The translations under genes and the position numbers were made by a program. This document shows, one piece after another, positions 17,401-25,784 of a stretch of DNA of 29,610 nucleotides. The stretch comes from a virus (Duplodnaviria; Heunggongvirae; Uroviricota; Caudoviricetes), in the IMG/VR virus record IMGVR_UViG_3300028030_000006, positions 1 to 29,610 of that record; one strand, 5' to 3'. The notes below the pieces were generated by a model. That model worked only from the letters and a program-made list of their open reading frames with translations. It did no database searches and had not been told where the DNA came from. Position 1 is the stretch's first letter; each line of letters opens with the position of its first letter.

Positions 17401-20400
17401 AGTTGAGCAAGAGCAACTATTACTTGATGCCTATAAGAAAATTGAAAAGCTATTACCTATTATTACAGACAATCAACTACGACTTAAAAATAGTAGGAAG
17501 GTAGATGTTGATACGGTCAAAACAGAAGCTGATTATAATCAAGCGCTATATACTCAGAATGAGATCTTAGAGAAGCTAGTATCTAAGTATAAAACTTTAC
17601 AAGAGCTAAAGCGTCAACCAGGACAAACTAACGTCCCAGTTTATAAACAAGCAGAGGCCGGTGTACATGAGAAGCAGAGAGATTTAGCTAATGCTTTAGA
17701 GTCAAATAATCCTATACGTATACAGCAAGCTAAAATTAAGTTACTTGAAGCTGAGTATGCATTACGAGACGCTATAAATAAACGTCAACTAGAGCTCATG
17801 CAACTAGAAGCCAATCAAGATTCTAAAAACCTAGCTGCTCAACAAAGACTAATTGAAACTTCTATTACTTGGAGTGGTGCGTTAAATGGGGTTCATCAGA
17901 ATATTGCAGAACTCTCTACGAGTATTCAAGGATTAATAGACCCTTACTTTAAGTTTAATAAAGCTAGGCAAGCTTTAGACGCTAAATATAAGAAAGACTA
18001 CGCCGAGGCTATAGGCGATAACGAGAAACAGAAACTACTATTAAAGCAGTATACTGAAGATAAGATTAACTTAACTAAGCAAGAGCGTGCTGAAGAAATT
18101 GCAGCGTACTCCGATATTGCAGGTGCTATGTCATCTTTCTATAAGGAAGGTACAGCAGGTGCAGCCGCGTTTCAAGCTGTACAAGCAACATTAGGGATTA
18201 TCAACGGTATTACAGCTATACAAGGTGCGTGGGCATCTGGACCATTCCCAGCTAACCTACCAGCAGTAGCTGCAACAACAGCTGCTGTGCTACCTATGAT
18301 TGATCAACTTATATCATTAGGCGGTTCAGGTAGTGCTGCCGGTACAGCGATGCCATCTAGAGTGGATACATATAAACAAAAATCTGAAGACTATGCTGAT
18401 AGCATGAAGCCTATTACAGATAGATTAGACCGACAGATTGAGCTACTACAAGCGATAAGTGGGTATGGTGGTTCAGCAATTGCGAAGCAGTTAGAGGATG
18501 CACTAACTACATATCGTATCGATAGTATGACTAATACGATAAAGAATCTAGGTACAGTCGGGAACCAGTTTTGGACTCCAGTTCCGAGAACTGACGGTAT
18601 ATCTGGAAGTTATAATACTATTTCAGCTGGGTATAAGATTGGCTCATTAGATGATTATTTTGGTAGTCCATATGAGGATAATATAGCTGCTGGGTACGAT
18701 AAAGAGTTGACTAGGATTCGCACATTATATGGTGATTATGTTAATGCTAAGGCAGTGACTTCGACAAGTGGTGGATTATTTGACTACGATAATACAGTAA
18801 GTAAAGATTGGTATGCTACTCTAAACGACGACTATCTAAAGCAAGATAATAACTTAGTACAGTTTATATTGAAATTGAAAGAGAATAATGACCTAGGAAG
18901 ATTTGGAGTTACAGACAGTGAGTATAAGACAATTATTGAGGACGCTAAAAGTACTTCTCATGATTTCGCTATGTCTATAATCAACTCTTATCAAACTGTA
19001 ATTGATGCTGGTAAAGATTTTAAAGAGCAGTATGATGCTATTTACGGTCCTATATATAAATCCAAACGCCTCACTGATGCATTTAAAGATGTGACTGAGC
19101 TGATGAACCCTAAAGGGACTAGCATATTAGCGCGTGGTCTATACTCAAATAATACAACTACTAAGTCTTACAAAGATTTTAAAAGCTTCTTAGATGACAC
19201 AATTAAGTCTATAGATGCAATGAATCTGACACGCGAAGAGGTAGCATTACTAAACTCTGATAATGAGAAAGACTTAAGTAAGAAAATTGAACTAGAAACT
19301 AGACTATCGCAGGAATTTGGTGAAGGGGCTAAGCAAGCGCTTAACTTCAAAGATAGTATTGAGTTAGTAGCACAAGCCTTAGCAGACTCTAGAAACAATA
19401 TAGAGGATTGGTTAGAGTCATTTAGGACTAGAAGTCAGTCACTTATTAATATGGCTATGAACTTAGACCCTAATATGAAGATTGCTACAGCAGGTAATGA
19501 GCTAACACGACTCTTTGAACGGTTAAGTGGTGGTGTTGAAGGATTATCAAACCAAGAGAAAGACTTTCTGGATGCAAATAGGGCGTATATTCAAGATTTA
19601 CAACAAGCGCAGTTTGATGTACTCAATACAGCGTTAACTGACTTATCAGCTGTTATTGACAAACTACGTGGTGCGTCAACTACATCAACGCAGTCTTTAA
19701 GTAAGTTTAAACATAGTATGCAGATAACACAAGAGTACTTAAATAATAAAAATTATGAGGCGTACAATGATTCGCTAAAGAAGACTATTGAACTATCTAG
19801 TATACTAACTAATAGTGATCCATTTAGTACTGGAAATCAACAAAAGTATGAACAACTTTTAGCTGCTAATCAGTTTGAAGGTATGCAGAAAGCTATTAAG
19901 CCGGAGATTGATCTACTTACACAAATTCGTGATAACACTAAAGTTACTGCTGATGATAGATACGCAATCCTACAATACAATAGTTTACTTGGTTTGGACG
20001 GTACGCAAAGTACTATAGACTACTATCGTGGAAATACGGTAGATACTATTTTAAATAGTGTTGGACAGTTTGCGGTAGGTGGTTTTACAGGTAGAGTAGA
20101 CAGTACTGGGCAGCGTGTTGCTGGTGTAGTACATGAGAATGAATGGGTAGCCCCAAGGTGGATGATAGAAGACCAGCCAGACCTTTTTAACTCATTAGAA
20201 TCATTAAGACAACAACGTAAGTTTGCTGCTGGAGGATTTACATCTAAGGCACCTACTAGTACGTTGAGTAATAATGAACTACTCGAGGAAATTAAGGAAC
20301 TTAACAAAGAGGTTAAAGACTTGAAACAGCTACAAATAACACAAACAGCAAATAGTACAAGGTCGCTAAATACACAACGTGCTATATTGTCAGAAGTTAT

Positions 20401-20416
20401 TAGTGAGGAGGATTAA
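14408..20416 (+). CDS. Tail tape measure protein, 2002 aa
   Basis: Very long helical/coiled-coil ORF with a TP901-like core (TLTLGRAG...SQMATITG), hydrophobic Gly/Ala segments, and C-terminal FAVGGFTG...AGVVHENEWV. Confidence 0.93.
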   Translation: MALEQDLSFKIVPELSLDSMSKEINDALSLVKKLEAENKKLWQEAEKLAKSFENTYAPSLRKQKTQLKAIHKVIGDNNKELAKTSAHYKGLVTSYKHISAELGNQASLMANLSGKSKLVATYEEQRARNIEAVNKALSSITKATEVNRKNTYTDAEQQKIIVDRLKAQVHERKRARIEANKLAQVDTKGFKLLHKQARTIAFNNKQERFALRQKEREQARINSLRIRERLEANKLAKVDTKGFKLLQKKAEDLQWQLRLEEKLAKAKEKNNASGVSSTTTAVRKQTKALKSATKAVEAHQSSWHRHLTYMESTGVVLKYGLISNALYGIAGKIGDVVKELIAYDSAIYNNSAVLGISTEQAKTLADNTRELAKTYGGSIEDLDKVTLTLGRAGVEYENLAAATKAVSQMATITGDSLTRSSEVVSTFITNFKDAGITVEQLANKLAFVANATKQTTEDLGTFANYGLQTAKSLGLTVDTTLALEATLSRLGYSASTVGTEIQKLDKVFNTSTTSMNRFFDLMFDGKGKAAKKSFVEALANKDEDALLRFSDVITNVPYDTFLKATDGMEIRTKKMLLALRMGNKLFHKYSEEIKNAADVSEQAKAKALGLATILERVNAEFVTIFNKFEGRTLNAIFPSRDKITETRNELQYLVQGTDEYNAKMRELTRLNADVQDSLDNFSDTMTNVGLGVLGAVGSWTAWKIAVKSLKPLITDVVVVTEGALASLTALGYSTAASFGIIGGLLAATTFTGNKLYDVWQQLDSISDSTTKKELLEKHLNDWKNYYSNATRIQAEYNKISASLNDKDAHNTEESIKRKRQALELLRKEWKKNQDVFNLGTSVTGLSKNHDKLLSPKEVQEKEYALKLEKELATRKELTAANLVKAKKQNRKLELAYYDSQIKALKAGKEFIAQEEYQHKLALQKIQIAQLEQELMKDSKQAKDAQYKIDRMKQTEEIRHLKATRTIRTTLDREEERTFKYKRKMILAEAQKAGAGKTKVEQEQLLLDAYKKIEKLLPIITDNQLRLKNSRKVDVDTVKTEADYNQALYTQNEILEKLVSKYKTLQELKRQPGQTNVPVYKQAEAGVHEKQRDLANALESNNPIRIQQAKIKLLEAEYALRDAINKRQLELMQLEANQDSKNLAAQQRLIETSITWSGALNGVHQNIAELSTSIQGLIDPYFKFNKARQALDAKYKKDYAEAIGDNEKQKLLLKQYTEDKINLTKQERAEEIAAYSDIAGAMSSFYKEGTAGAAAFQAVQATLGIINGITAIQGAWASGPFPANLPAVAATTAAVLPMIDQLISLGGSGSAAGTAMPSRVDTYKQKSEDYADSMKPITDRLDRQIELLQAISGYGGSAIAKQLEDALTTYRIDSMTNTIKNLGTVGNQFWTPVPRTDGISGSYNTISAGYKIGSLDDYFGSPYEDNIAAGYDKELTRIRTLYGDYVNAKAVTSTSGGLFDYDNTVSKDWYATLNDDYLKQDNNLVQFILKLKENNDLGRFGVTDSEYKTIIEDAKSTSHDFAMSIINSYQTVIDAGKDFKEQYDAIYGPIYKSKRLTDAFKDVTELMNPKGTSILARGLYSNNTTTKSYKDFKSFLDDTIKSIDAMNLTREEVALLNSDNEKDLSKKIELETRLSQEFGEGAKQALNFKDSIELVAQALADSRNNIEDWLESFRTRSQSLINMAMNLDPNMKIATAGNELTRLFERLSGGVEGLSNQEKDFLDANRAYIQDLQQAQFDVLNTALTDLSAVIDKLRGASTTSTQSLSKFKHSMQITQEYLNNKNYEAYNDSLKKTIELSSILTNSDPFSTGNQQKYEQLLAANQFEGMQKAIKPEIDLLTQIRDNTKVTADDRYAILQYNSLLGLDGTQSTIDYYRGNTVDTILNSVGQFAVGGFTGRVDSTGQRVAGVVHENEWVAPRWMIEDQPDLFNSLESLRQQRKFAAGGFTSKAPTSTLSNNELLEEIKELNKEVKDLKQLQITQTANSTRSLNTQRAILSEVISEED

Positions 20417-20677
20417 ATGGCAGCGCAAAGACAACAATTATTAAAATATACTGGCTCATTGTTAGCTAAAAAAGGTACACAATACTCAGGGGATGATTTT
20501 TCCTTGGGTAATGTATTTCAAGTAAAATCCAAAAATGTTAAACTAATCTTAAATAGTAATGGTGTAGCTTTTGACATCCCATATGAGGGAATTATTTATG
20601 TGAACACGGATGTAACATATACTTTTTCTTCTGATTGTGTTTTAGCATTTGCTGATATGATTGAGGTGGTCGCATGA
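20417..20677 (+). CDS. Small hypothetical tail-tip region protein
   Basis: GAGGAGG RBS; abuts the tape measure stop and overlaps the next gene. Confidence 0.75.
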   Translation: MAAQRQQLLKYTGSLLAKKGTQYSGDDFSLGNVFQVKSKNVKLILNSNGVAFDIPYEGIIYVNTDVTYTFSSDCVLAFADMIEVVA

Positions 20678-21750
20678 TGTACTTAAAGCAAGAGGCAACT
20701 AATGTTAGGAGTAATATTAGTGAGCCTTGGGCTGATTGGTCTCCAACAGCTACTTACAATATTGAAGATGAGTCAAACGGCTTAACTAATACGTCAGTTG
20801 CTAGGGTTGGTAATTATTTTTATCGTACAATAGCTAATAATAATGTAGGAAACCCTCCAGAAGATAATCTGGATACCTTATGGGTAAAATGGTCAGTGTC
20901 TAATAGGTACGCTATGTTAGACCTAAGATCTACTACAAAAAGTCAAACAGCGGATGGTGAACACTTAGTTGTAGAGTTTACTAAAGGTTTATTAGACACT
21001 ATGGCTCTTGGATATTATACAGCTGAGCTATTACGTTTAGATTACTTAGGACCTCCTACTGTAGATTACCAAGGTGATGATGAAACTACTGATTATGTTA
21101 TTGATAGTAATGCTAAGTACCGTCCAGCTAATGATTTAAATACGATTTTAGATGAGCTTCCAGACGGAGCTCCAATACCTACGTCTGTTCTGAACTTTGA
21201 TGGGTTCTTTTGTGAGATATTATATACATACACAGAGTCTTATGATAAGAATAACGCAGTTACTGATTACTATTCATACATTTATGAACCTTACTCCACG
21301 TCTGTTGATAGAGGTAAATTATTGTACTTAAAAATGTTCGGATCATCTATACGTGTGACTTTATATGCTGAAGTGTCTCGTAATTACGCCAGCTGTGGAT
21401 ATCTTGTGGCCGGTGTTGGTGTGCCAATGGGCGATACGTCGTACGGCGTTAATTTCTCCTTTCATAGCTATTCAGTTAAGAATACTGATGCGTTTGGTGT
21501 ATTATCAGTAACTAAACGCGGGGTGCAAGATTTAATAGATTTTGAAACTACTATTGATAGCAGTATTTTGGCTGATACGAAGCGTAAGATTAAAGAAGTA
21601 CACGATGAAATTGTAGTATTTGTCTTAGATGAGCAGGAAGATTCCACATATGAGAATATAGTCACATTAGGAATTATTGAGAATGTAAGTACAGTACTGA
21701 AAAACCCAGTATTAACCACAATTGCATGGTCAATACATGAAACATTATAA
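20674..21750 (+). CDS. Tail tip / distal tail protein with a probable carbohydrate-binding-like N-terminal module
   Basis: WADWSPTATY...GNYFYR...VGNPP...W...SNRYAMLD resembles post-tape-measure proteins of proteobacterial siphoviruses (recognised from memory). Confidence 0.6.
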   Translation: MMYLKQEATNVRSNISEPWADWSPTATYNIEDESNGLTNTSVARVGNYFYRTIANNNVGNPPEDNLDTLWVKWSVSNRYAMLDLRSTTKSQTADGEHLVVEFTKGLLDTMALGYYTAELLRLDYLGPPTVDYQGDDETTDYVIDSNAKYRPANDLNTILDELPDGAPIPTSVLNFDGFFCEILYTYTESYDKNNAVTDYYSYIYEPYSTSVDRGKLLYLKMFGSSIRVTLYAEVSRNYASCGYLVAGVGVPMGDTSYGVNFSFHSYSVKNTDAFGVLSVTKRGVQDLIDFETTIDSSILADTKRKIKEVHDEIVVFVLDEQEDSTYENIVTLGIIENVSTVLKNPVLTTIAWSIHETL

Positions 21751-21759
21751 GGATAATTT

Positions 21760-22608
21760 ATGGCAATTACACAAACTTTAAGTAGCTTACCGCAAGCAGG
21801 TAAACGTGGAGTACAGACGCGTAATGCGTTTGTAGCTGCACAAGAAGCCTTCCAAGATGCACTCTCTGGAGTATTTGTTACGGAGGCTAATACGTTATCT
21901 AGTCAGATTAATACAGTAGCTGATGAAGTAAATACTAACCAACTACTAGCGAAATCATATAAGGACGCTGCAAGTACATCCGCCGGTCTCGCAGAAACAT
22001 ATAAAAATAGTGCTGCAAGTACATATACTGAATTTCGTACGGTATATTTAGGTGTATTTAGTGAGGCTCCTACTACTGATAATCAAGGTAATGCCTTAGC
22101 TAGCGGAGCTCTATACTTTGACTCAACTGACGATGCTATGAAAATCTACATAGGTGGTACATGGCATTTGGCGTATGCTGATATAGCAGGAGCACTAACC
22201 AAAGAAGGAAATTTATATGGCATTTCTAGCGCTACTGCTGCTAGACAAAATATTCAAGCAGCATACTTGCATGGGTCATCCGGACTAAACTTTGATGCCG
22301 CTCATCTTACTGCAGCAGTTATTACTGAGACGTCGGATAGACGAGTAAAAGACAATATTGTGCCTATTGATGGAGCACTTGACAAAGTCTGTAATATGAA
22401 GGGTGTAGAGTATACTAAAGTCGATTCAGACACTAAAGAGATTGGACTAATCGCTCAAGATGTTGAGGAGATTTTACCAGAAGTTGTCTCTACAGACGCA
22501 GAAGGTATGAAATCAGTCAGCTACGCTAGATTAGTAGCTGTACTTATTGAAGCTGTTAAAGAGCAACAACAACAAATTAATGAATTAAAAGGAGCGATTA
22601 ATGGCTAA
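21760..22608 (+). CDS. Short tail fibre/adaptor with a C-terminal intramolecular chaperone (peptidase S74)
   Basis: TSDRRVKDNI...IGLIAQDVEEILPEVV...VSYARLVAVLIEAVKEQQQQINELK. N-terminal segment typical of tail-anchoring domains. Confidence 0.88.
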   Translation: MAITQTLSSLPQAGKRGVQTRNAFVAAQEAFQDALSGVFVTEANTLSSQINTVADEVNTNQLLAKSYKDAASTSAGLAETYKNSAASTYTEFRTVYLGVFSEAPTTDNQGNALASGALYFDSTDDAMKIYIGGTWHLAYADIAGALTKEGNLYGISSATAARQNIQAAYLHGSSGLNFDAAHLTAAVITETSDRRVKDNIVPIDGALDKVCNMKGVEYTKVDSDTKEIGLIAQDVEEILPEVVSTDAEGMKSVSYARLVAVLIEAVKEQQQQINELKGAING

Positions 22609-24079
22609 GTTAAAGACAACACAGATAGGTAATGGTTCTTGTGTGTATCTACCAGCGGATACATTTGGGTTTTCAGCAGGTAACACAGCTATTGTTGGTA
22701 CGTCAGCGGCAAGAATTGACAAGAGCGATACTGGCGCGTACACACGTTATTGCTCTACTGATGCGTATAATGCGAAAAATATTTCGTGCACAACTTCAAA
22801 CAGTACTGATACTAATCTAGAAATCGTACAAGTTGGCACTAATAGTGTAAGTATAGGGTATCATACTACAGCTACAGGCATTGCCGCTACTGCAATAGGT
22901 GCACACACGTCTGCATCAGGATGTATCGCACTAACCGCTGGTAAGTGTACTAGTGCTAAAGGTACACAGTCTGTATCCTTTGGCTACGCGTCAATAAGTT
23001 GTGGGGAGAACTCATTTGCAGTCGGGTCAGGTGTTTGTTCTATTGGTAATGCCAGTATAGCAGGTGGTACGGCGAGTAGTAGTAGCCTAGGTTATGCTTC
23101 CGTAGCAATTGGTTTTAATGCTGTGGCTTATGGTAGTTATTCGGCAGCCTTTAATAAGTGTACTAGGTCATGTGGTTACGCATCAGCAGCACTAGGAAAT
23201 CGCACCACTGCTTCAGGGGCGCAGGCACTAGCATTAGGCAATACTACCACTGCATGTGGGTTTGTAGCTATCTCTGCAGGCTTCTGTAACGTTACTGCTG
23301 ATGCTTATAACTTCTCTATGGGGTGTTGTTCTAATCGTATCACATTTGAGATGGACACTGGTAATGGCTATTTTGACGGCTCAGCTGATGTAGGCAACGC
23401 CGACTATGCTGAATATTTCCAACATGTTGAAGATTCTTGTCTAGATCGAGGAGTATTTGCTTCGTTAGCTGACGGGACGAATAAAGTTTGTGCAGGTAAT
23501 ACAGACATTATAGGGATTGTAAGTTCTGACCCAGCTATTGTTGGTGATGCACAATACTTCAAGTGGAAAGATAAATATAAGACTGATGAGTTTGGGCGTA
23601 AAGTTATTGAAAAACATATAAGAGTTGATGTTGTAGAAGCTACGGTAGATGAAATACCCGATGGAAATGATTTTAAGACATTTGTCACTGAACTAATCAC
23701 CTCTAGAGAGCCTAATAATTACTTTAATTTAGGTGAGGAGCAAACGTTAATCGAGCTTCAAGATTTTCCTGAGACTTGTCAAGTTGGGGAACAAATTACA
23801 TTTAATATCAAATATGAGACGACTGACGAAGTTGTAAATCCTAATTATGATCCAGATGCTGAGTATGTTCCTAGAGCTGAGCGGCCAGAATGGTCACCTA
23901 TCGGACTACTTGGAAAGTTATGGGTATACAAAGCTGACTTAGATGTTGAGTACAACGTAGGGGATTACGTTACATCTAATACTGAAGGTAAAGCAGTAAT
24001 AACAACTAAAGGTGACCCATTAGGTGCTTGGCGAATCTTAGAAGTAAGCCAGAATTTATTACGGGTACTATTCAAGTAA
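22601..24079 (+). CDS. Trimeric adhesin-like fibre: YadA-head-like repeats plus a peptidase G2 (phi29 gp12-type) autocleaving chaperone
   Basis: About 14-aa repeats (NSVSIGYHTTATG, AATAIGAHTSASG, ALALGNTTTACG), then ADYAEYF...IIGIVSSDP...DEFGR...NPNYDP...RPEWSPIGLLGKLWV. Confidence 0.85.
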   Translation: MAKLKTTQIGNGSCVYLPADTFGFSAGNTAIVGTSAARIDKSDTGAYTRYCSTDAYNAKNISCTTSNSTDTNLEIVQVGTNSVSIGYHTTATGIAATAIGAHTSASGCIALTAGKCTSAKGTQSVSFGYASISCGENSFAVGSGVCSIGNASIAGGTASSSSLGYASVAIGFNAVAYGSYSAAFNKCTRSCGYASAALGNRTTASGAQALALGNTTTACGFVAISAGFCNVTADAYNFSMGCCSNRITFEMDTGNGYFDGSADVGNADYAEYFQHVEDSCLDRGVFASLADGTNKVCAGNTDIIGIVSSDPAIVGDAQYFKWKDKYKTDEFGRKVIEKHIRVDVVEATVDEIPDGNDFKTFVTELITSREPNNYFNLGEEQTLIELQDFPETCQVGEQITFNIKYETTDEVVNPNYDPDAEYVPRAERPEWSPIGLLGKLWVYKADLDVEYNVGDYVTSNTEGKAVITTKGDPLGAWRILEVSQNLLRVLFK

Positions 24080-24089
24080 AGGAATTTAT

Positions 24090-24557
24090 ATGGAAGTAAT
24101 ATTCTATGGTCACCGTAAAGGTAACTTTTTTGATAAAGCTATCCGATGGTGGACATCTCCACTAAAGGATAAGCTATCAGGAAAGTGGAAAGATAGTTTT
24201 AGTCATGTAGAGTTATCCTTTAAACAAGGTGTTATGTGCAGTGCTAGCCAATATGAAAATAAAGTAAGATTTGCAGCTACTAGTCGTAGTGACGCATGGG
24301 TACGAGTCCAAATAAAATGTACTAATGAGGAAGCTAAACGTACTTATAAATTCTGCTTAGATCAGTTTAACAAACCATATGATTGGTTTGGTTTGTTCGG
24401 TTTCATCGTCCCATTTAGGACACAAGAAAAGGACAAATGGTTCTGCAGTGAATTATGTTGCGAAGCATTAAAGGTTGGAGGAATCCTACCAACGTATATA
24501 GTTAGCTCAAAGATCAGCCCTAATGGGTTATATAAGTTAGTTACGGAGAGGTTGTAA
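24090..24557 (+). CDS. Permuted papain-like NlpC/P60 (YaeF/YiiX-type) enzyme
   Basis: His before Cys order: FSHVEL ... KPYDW ... KWFCSELC ... ISPNGL. Confidence 0.82.
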   Translation: MEVIFYGHRKGNFFDKAIRWWTSPLKDKLSGKWKDSFSHVELSFKQGVMCSASQYENKVRFAATSRSDAWVRVQIKCTNEEAKRTYKFCLDQFNKPYDWFGLFGFIVPFRTQEKDKWFCSELCCEALKVGGILPTYIVSSKISPNGLYKLVTERL

Positions 24558-24955
24558 TGCCAGTAGAGATGTGGATGGTGGATTTAGCCATAGGTGTTGG
24601 GACAATTATTTTTGGTTATGGTTTATTCAAGGGTAAGGTTAATGCTTTAGAAGAATCTATGGCTAAACATAATGAAGAGGACTCTGTATTTCATACGGAT
24701 TTAGAGCGTCGACTGAATGCACAGTTTAAACGTATTGATGAGCTCCATACTAAAGTACTACTAACTCAAGCAGAGGCTAATAAACATGTTGACCTTCCAA
24801 CTATAGAAGAGAAGTTTGTATCGAAGCGGGAGTTGGAATTACAACTTAAAAATATCGACTTAGAGTTAAACTACATTGCCAAGACTGGTACAGAGACTGC
24901 GGGAAAGTTAGATGTGTTGATAGATGTAGTTAATAAATTAGTAAAGGATTCCTAA
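24557..24955 (+). CDS. Single-TM membrane protein with a coiled coil (holin/antiholin-like, uncertain)
   Basis: N-terminal hydrophobic helix LAIGVGTIIFGYGLF, then heptad-rich sequence; first gene of the lysis cluster. Confidence 0.55.
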   Translation: MPVEMWMVDLAIGVGTIIFGYGLFKGKVNALEESMAKHNEEDSVFHTDLERRLNAQFKRIDELHTKVLLTQAEANKHVDLPTIEEKFVSKRELELQLKNIDLELNYIAKTGTETAGKLDVLIDVVNKLVKDS

Positions 24956-25164
24956 TGTTACGAACAGATGTTAAACTTATAATGCGATACGTTACAGTTG
25001 TCTTCTTCTTATATTTAGCATGGTATATATTGCAACCAAAGTTTTTAACATCTGTTAAAGACATTGGCGATATTGGAATAGGTGCTATCTATACATCCAT
25101 ACTGGGAAGTGCAGCGTGGATAATTAAAGCTAACTGGAGCACGTCAATGGATAAGGAGACTTAA
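24955..25164 (+). CDS. Putative holin (two TM helices, 69 aa)
   Basis: YVTVVFFLYLAWYIL and IGIGAIYTSILGSAAWII with a charged C-terminus; adjacent to the spanins. Confidence 0.6.
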   Translation: MLRTDVKLIMRYVTVVFFLYLAWYILQPKFLTSVKDIGDIGIGAIYTSILGSAAWIIKANWSTSMDKET

Positions 25165-25166
25165 CT

Positions 25167-25565
25167 ATGTTAACCCAAATAAAGTCTGAAATTTGGCTGA
25201 TTATAGGTATTATCGGACTAATCTTAGCAGTAGGTATAGGTGTATACATAAACTCACTGAAAAGTACCATAAACTTACAACAAAAGCAGTACCTTCGACA
25301 GCAAATGAAAGTAGCAAATCTGCAGTTGGAAGTTGAGCGGTACTCTAACATTATCACATTACAGAATGATAGGATAAAACAATTAAAGATCCAAGAGCAG
25401 TTACATCGTAAAGAGTTGAATAGGTGGAAGTCATTACCGCCGGAAGTCAAATATAAGGTAATCTACCGTACCAAGTACAAAATCAAAAAGGTTAAATCAA
25501 ATGAATGTAAAGATATCAAGACTATTATTAATGGGGTTCGTAACATCAATTATAATGAACTTTAG
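25167..25565 (+). CDS. Inner-membrane spanin (Rz-like)
   Basis: N-terminal TM (IWLIIGIIGLILAVGIGVYI) plus a periplasmic coiled coil; overlaps a lipoprotein gene in another frame. Confidence 0.75.
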   Translation: MLTQIKSEIWLIIGIIGLILAVGIGVYINSLKSTINLQQKQYLRQQMKVANLQLEVERYSNIITLQNDRIKQLKIQEQLHRKELNRWKSLPPEVKYKVIYRTKYKIKKVKSNECKDIKTIINGVRNINYNEL

Positions 25566-25764
25566 CGGTTGTTGTATTTTGGGTACGTGTCCTAAACCAC
25601 CACCTATCTATGTTGATAAGCCAGTAAAAGTATATGTACCGGTTAAGTGTATTGTGCCAGACGCTAATTGTACATTCAATAAAGAAACTGACACAGAGGT
25701 TATTCAGAGTCTGTTAGAATGTATAATTGACATGAAACACAACGAAAAAGTATGTAAAAATTAG
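25501..25764 (+). CDS. Outer-membrane spanin lipoprotein (Rz1-like)
   Basis: Signal peptide II with lipobox FSG-C and a Pro-rich segment PKPPPIYVDKPV; 65-nt overlap with the i-spanin. Confidence 0.78.
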   Translation: MNVKISRLLLMGFVTSIIMNFSGCCILGTCPKPPPIYVDKPVKVYVPVKCIVPDANCTFNKETDTEVIQSLLECIIDMKHNEKVCKN

Positions 25765-25784
25765 AATAGCTTAAAGGAGCATTA

